Assembly: GCA_046292385.1 (NCBI GenBank)
Contig: JBKBRF010000003.1
Coordinates: 32,001-96,000, forward strand
Length of the DNA: 64,000 nt
Source: Armatimonadota bacterium
Lineage (GTDB): Bacteria > Armatimonadota > SYMT01
Direction: 5' to 3'
Translations under genes and position numbers: made by a program
Part shown: positions 60,001 to 64,000 of the stretch, piece after piece
How the letters are laid out: each line of letters starts with the position of its first letter
How positions within the stretch are numbered: the stretch's first letter is position 1
The notes under the pieces: generated by a model
Databases searched by the model: none
The model's input: the letters and a program-made list of their open reading frames with translations, nothing else
What the model was told of the DNA's origin: nothing

Positions 60001-60546
60001 CTAATAGAGCGAGAGGTCTTGCGGGCGCTCGTCGTCCAGAACCTCGGGGAGGGCCGTGATGCGCGGGCCGCCGTCCCGCCGCTCCACGCGGAACACCCCC
60101 CACTTGTCATTGGCAAACTGCACCACCGCACTGTAGAAGACCTGGTCGCCGCGGCGGCGCATCTCCAGGTCGATCTGCTTTGGATCTCCCGGGGGGACCA
60201 GGTCTTCCGGAGCGGCCGAACGCTGGCCGTTGAGCGTTTGATAGCGGATCGTCTCCACGTGACCGTTAGACGTCTTTTCCAGGGTGAACTGGTTTCGCGC
60301 GAGGGTCGTTTCGAGAGAGGCATTCTCTTTGGCATGGGCGCTTCGGATGAATTCCCGCACGACCTGTTTAGGGCTCTCCTGATCCCAGCCATGCAAGGCG
60401 ACGTAACCTGTAATCTCTTCGTTCCAGTAGGCAAACGCGCCTACTCCCACGGCGAGCACTACCGCCAGCAGCACGGCCGCGGGGGATACACCACGGGCCC
60501 GTGTCGGAGCGACAGCGACTTCAGTCTCATTCGGAGGGTTCTGCAT
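60001..60546 (-). CDS. single-TM hypothetical protein
   Basis: ATG 60546 after AAAGGAG; TM AAVLLAVVLAVGVGAFAYW. Confidence 0.75.
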   Translation of the reverse strand: MQNPPNETEVAVAPTRARGVSPAAVLLAVVLAVGVGAFAYWNEEITGYVALHGWDQESPKQVVREFIRSAHAKENASLETTLARNQFTLEKTSNGHVETIRYQTLNGQRSAAPEDLVPPGDPKQIDLEMRRRGDQVFYSAVVQFANDKWGVFRVERRDGGPRITALPEVLDDERPQDLSLY

Positions 60547-60889
60547 CGGATCACTCCTTTTCGCAACTCGAGTTTTCAGACCCACTCGGCAGGAAACCGC
60601 GTTCACGCCGGTGGAACGACTGCTTGAGTGAGCTGGATTTCCACACGCCGAACGGTCGCTTGGTTAAGAATAACAATCCACGGATTCGACTGCCGCGGAC
60701 GCGGCCTTATCGAGTTGAGATTGCTCCTGAAAACAGAGTGCCAGTGATCTGGAACTTTCCAGGACTCCGGTTATTCAAGCGTTACTTCAGTGGGAAACGA
60801 TCTCCTTCTAAAGTCTTTCTGAAGCCCTTTTCCGGCTGGGATGATTCACGCCGCGAAGGCCTATCGCTCCACCCGTTTAGGAGAAGGTT

Positions 60890-62164
60890 GTGATTGCACG
60901 TGACACCACCGTACGCGAAGGGAAGCGTGCTGCACGACGCCTGGGACTGGTAGTGCTGATCGGAGCCGCCCTGATTGGTGGGGCAATCGTGCTGCGCAGC
61001 CAGGCTCCACGTACGGTTGTCCCTCCAGCGCTGGCGTCGGTGGCCGTGACAGCACCCGCCTCGCCGAACGACGAGCTGGCGCTGCTGGAGTACCGCGCGA
61101 TGGTGGCGCCGAAGAATGCCGGCGTGGCGCTCGCGCTCGGTCAGGAGTACGCGGAGCTGAACCGCCTGCCGGAGGCGCTCGCGCAGTTCCAGCGCGCTTC
61201 GCGGGTCGCCCCGGGCTTGCTCCCCGCCCGCGTGGGACAGGGGCAGGTCTGGCTGCGGCTTCAGCGCCCGGGCCGTGCCGTCGAGCACTTCGAGTGGGCC
61301 GTGCGGCGCCTCCCCGAGCATGCCGAGCTCCGTCTGGAGCTGGGGGCCGCCTATCTTTCCCTGCGGGACGCGAACAGCGGACTGCGCCACCTGCGAGAGG
61401 CGGTAAAGCTCACCCCCGAGAGTCCGGAGGCCTACCGGGCGCTGGCGAGCGGATACCTGGCAATCTTTAGCTACGAGCGGGCTACGGAAGCGGCGCAGCG
61501 AGCGGTGGAGCTGGAGCCGGAGGTGGTGGAGAACTGGTCGGTGCTCGGGAGCGTGCACCTGAACAACGACCGGTTCCCCGAGGCGGAGCAAGCGCTGCGG
61601 CGGGCGCTGCAGCTCAAACCGGAAGACCCGACCGCCAACGTGCTCCTGGCGCGTACTCTGGCCGGGGCCGACCCCACCCCCGCCTCCGATCGCGAAATCC
61701 AGGCCCTGCTGGCGCGGGCGCTCACGACCGATCCGTTCCACGCCGAGGCGCTGCAGCTCCTCGGGCGCCACTACCTCGAGCAGGATCAGCTCGATCTCGC
61801 GGCGGCGACCCTGCGACGCGCGCGCGAGCGCTATCCGGAGGTCCCGCAGGTCACACTGCTGCTCGGACAGGCACTCGTGCGCCGTGGGGATGCCGAGGAA
61901 GGCCGGCGGCTGATCGCGGCCGCACAGGCGCAGATCGACCAGACCGTCGACTTCCGCGGGCTCGAGTTCCAGGCGGCGCGCAACCCGAATCCGAACGTAC
62001 AGATGCGGCTCGCCCGCATGTACATGCAGCAGCGCTACTACGACAGCGCCGTCCACCTGCTGCGCAAGGCGCTCCGCCAGACGCCCGACGATCCGGCCCT
62101 CAAGCAGACGTACCAGGAAGCCCTGGCCGGAGCTACTCAAGGCGAATCGGGGGTGAAGCCATGA
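60890..62164 (+). CDS. TPR-repeat membrane-anchored protein
   Basis: Multiple LG..Y...A...A..L.P repeats; AGGAG RBS. Confidence 0.88.
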   Translation: MIARDTTVREGKRAARRLGLVVLIGAALIGGAIVLRSQAPRTVVPPALASVAVTAPASPNDELALLEYRAMVAPKNAGVALALGQEYAELNRLPEALAQFQRASRVAPGLLPARVGQGQVWLRLQRPGRAVEHFEWAVRRLPEHAELRLELGAAYLSLRDANSGLRHLREAVKLTPESPEAYRALASGYLAIFSYERATEAAQRAVELEPEVVENWSVLGSVHLNNDRFPEAEQALRRALQLKPEDPTANVLLARTLAGADPTPASDREIQALLARALTTDPFHAEALQLLGRHYLEQDQLDLAAATLRRARERYPEVPQVTLLLGQALVRRGDAEEGRRLIAAAQAQIDQTVDFRGLEFQAARNPNPNVQMRLARMYMQQRYYDSAVHLLRKALRQTPDDPALKQTYQEALAGATQGESGVKP

Positions 62165-63891
62165 TCTATCGGCCGCTCGTGCCGGCACTCCTCGTGCTTT
62201 CCGGACTGCTGTTCACCCAGCCTGGCTGCCGACCGGCGTCGACGGCTCAGGCCAAGCCCGCTGCGGACGACCGCGCTCCCGCCTTTCAGGACGTCACGGC
62301 GCAGGCGGGGATTGCGTTCCGGCACGATAACGGCGGCTTCGGAAAGAAGCTCTTCCCGGAGATCATGGGCTCCGGCGGAGCGTTCCTGGACGCGGATCAG
62401 GACGGCTGGCTGGATCTCTACCTGGTGAACTCTGAGACCCTGCCCGGCGCCTCGTCTCCCCGGCGACCCGTCAGCCGGTTCTACCGGAACCGCAGAGATG
62501 GAACCTTCGAGGACCAGACGGAGCGAAGCGGCCTGGGGCGCGTGGGATACGGGATGGGCGCCGCAGTCGGCGATGTCAACAACGACGGATACCCCGATCT
62601 CTACGTGACCGCCCTCGGTCCGGACCGGCTCTTCCTCAACCGCGGCGACGGCACCTTCGAAGAAATCTCGAAGAAAGCCGGACTCGGCGATCCGAGATTC
62701 GGCTCCAGTGCCACATTCCTGGACTACGACCGGGACGGAGACCAGGATCTCTACGTCTGCAACTACGTGCAGCTTCCGGACCCGATCGAGAAGATCGCCT
62801 GCCGCAATCCGGCCGGCGGGCTGCAGTACTGCGACGTCCACCTCTACGGAGGAGACCGGGACCGGCTGTACCGGAACAATGGGGACCTGACCTTTACCGA
62901 CGTGAGCGGACCCTCCGGCATCACGCGGCGCTCCTACCGCGGCCTTGCGGTACTGACCAGCGATTATGACCGGGACGGATGGGTCGACATCTTCGTCGCG
63001 AACGATGAGAATCCGTTGCTTCTCTGGCGGAACAACGGGGATGGGACGTTCACCGATGTGGCCGGCGAGAGCGGTGTAGCGTACGACGGCACAGGCCGAG
63101 TGGTTGCGGGAATGGGACTTGACATGGCCGACCTGAATCGGGACGGCCATCCGGAGCTGTACGAGACCGGATTCCAGGGTGAGCCAAATATCCTGTTTCA
63201 GATGGAGAGCGACGGTTGGTTTGTCGACCGCACCCAGAAGTGGGGTCTCGGCTCGGCCACCATGAGTCGGCTCGGCTTCGGCCTGGGGTTTCTCGATTTC
63301 GATCAAGACGGCTGGCGGGACCTGGTGATTGCCAACGGTCACGTCATCGATGACGTGCAGCAGTTTCAGCCGAGCGTGAGTTACGCGCAGACGGCCCAGC
63401 TCTTCCGGAATACGGGGGCTGGATTTCAGGATGTCTCTCCCCGTCTCGGCGACTATGCTGCACAGCAGCGCGTCGGGCGAGGGGCTATTCTGGGCGACTA
63501 CGATAACGACGGAGATGTCGACGTACTCTTTACCAACAACAACCAGGCACCCGCGCTCCTGCGAAACCTGATCAGCGAAGAACAGGGGCCCAATCACTGG
63601 ATCTCGATCCGCTGCGAAGGTACCACTTCTGCGCGAGATGCATACGGATCGGTAGTGGAGTTAGCAGCCGGAGGCGTGAGCCAAAAGCTGGAGGTTCGTG
63701 CTTCCGCAGGTTATCTGGGGAGCAACGATCCCCGTGTGAATTTCGGGCTTGGAAGGTCCGATCGTGTAGATCGAATTCTTGTCACCTGGCCGGATGGAAA
63801 ATCAGAGGAGTTCGGCGGTACTAGCGCAAACCAGCATGTAATGCTGCGGCAGGGCTCCGGCCGGATCGTGCCGGACCGGAGAGACCGGTAA
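62161..63891 (+). CDS. CRTAC1 / FG-GAP + ASPIC-UnbV lipoprotein
   Basis: FG-GAP repeats; C-terminal GYLGSND..VNFGLG...WPDG. Confidence 0.93.
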   Translation: MIYRPLVPALLVLSGLLFTQPGCRPASTAQAKPAADDRAPAFQDVTAQAGIAFRHDNGGFGKKLFPEIMGSGGAFLDADQDGWLDLYLVNSETLPGASSPRRPVSRFYRNRRDGTFEDQTERSGLGRVGYGMGAAVGDVNNDGYPDLYVTALGPDRLFLNRGDGTFEEISKKAGLGDPRFGSSATFLDYDRDGDQDLYVCNYVQLPDPIEKIACRNPAGGLQYCDVHLYGGDRDRLYRNNGDLTFTDVSGPSGITRRSYRGLAVLTSDYDRDGWVDIFVANDENPLLLWRNNGDGTFTDVAGESGVAYDGTGRVVAGMGLDMADLNRDGHPELYETGFQGEPNILFQMESDGWFVDRTQKWGLGSATMSRLGFGLGFLDFDQDGWRDLVIANGHVIDDVQQFQPSVSYAQTAQLFRNTGAGFQDVSPRLGDYAAQQRVGRGAILGDYDNDGDVDVLFTNNNQAPALLRNLISEEQGPNHWISIRCEGTTSARDAYGSVVELAAGGVSQKLEVRASAGYLGSNDPRVNFGLGRSDRVDRILVTWPDGKSEEFGGTSANQHVMLRQGSGRIVPDRRDR

Positions 63892-63918
63892 TCCTACGAG
63901 TTACAGAGGAGTCTTCAG

Positions 63919-64000
63919 ATGAGCGTGCTTCCTCAGCGACTGTGGATGGTGATCGGGGCCGGAGTTCTCGTCTGCCTCATTGCGGGATGCGCCGGCTCCG
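63919..64000 (+). CDS. 5' end of a lipoprotein (runs off window)
   Basis: AGAGGAG RBS; MSVLPQRLWMVIGAGVLVCLIAGC lipobox. Confidence 0.65.
   Translation, partial: MSVLPQRLWMVIGAGVLVCLIAGCAGS

Overview
This is a very GC-rich bacterial chromosomal segment. Gene content and repeat style suggest an Armatimonadota-like (Terrabacteria) organism, which is an inference. I support about 45 CDS and found no rRNA, tRNA, CRISPR array or intact transposase. Contents include acetolactate decarboxylase, a Ser/Thr kinase, a B12-radical SAM enzyme, two tandem PrsA/SurA-like foldases, ribokinase, an ECF sigma/anti-sigma pair, an ABC exporter, a LacI-linked hemicellulose locus (double CE1 esterase, GH95, GH51, GH43), stress oxidoreductases, an SBBP/FN3 surface protein, a HisKA_2 kinase and an ASPIC/UnbV-TPR-redoxin cluster. 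The most unusual part is a compact 2.5-kb module at 3393-5863. It has an ImmA/IrrE-type HExxH peptidase and an apparently leaderless XRE repressor, transcribed away from an operon of a 14-codon uORF, two orphan ORFs and a catalytic-domain-only tyrosine recombinase whose His and nucleophilic Tyr are replaced (Tyr to Cys). The peptidase promoter and the operon promoter each carry a LexA-type GAAC-N4-GTTT box directly after the -10. An Fe-ADH homologue that has lost most metal ligands follows the module. Intergenic regions hold a modular family of REP/MITE-like repeats.
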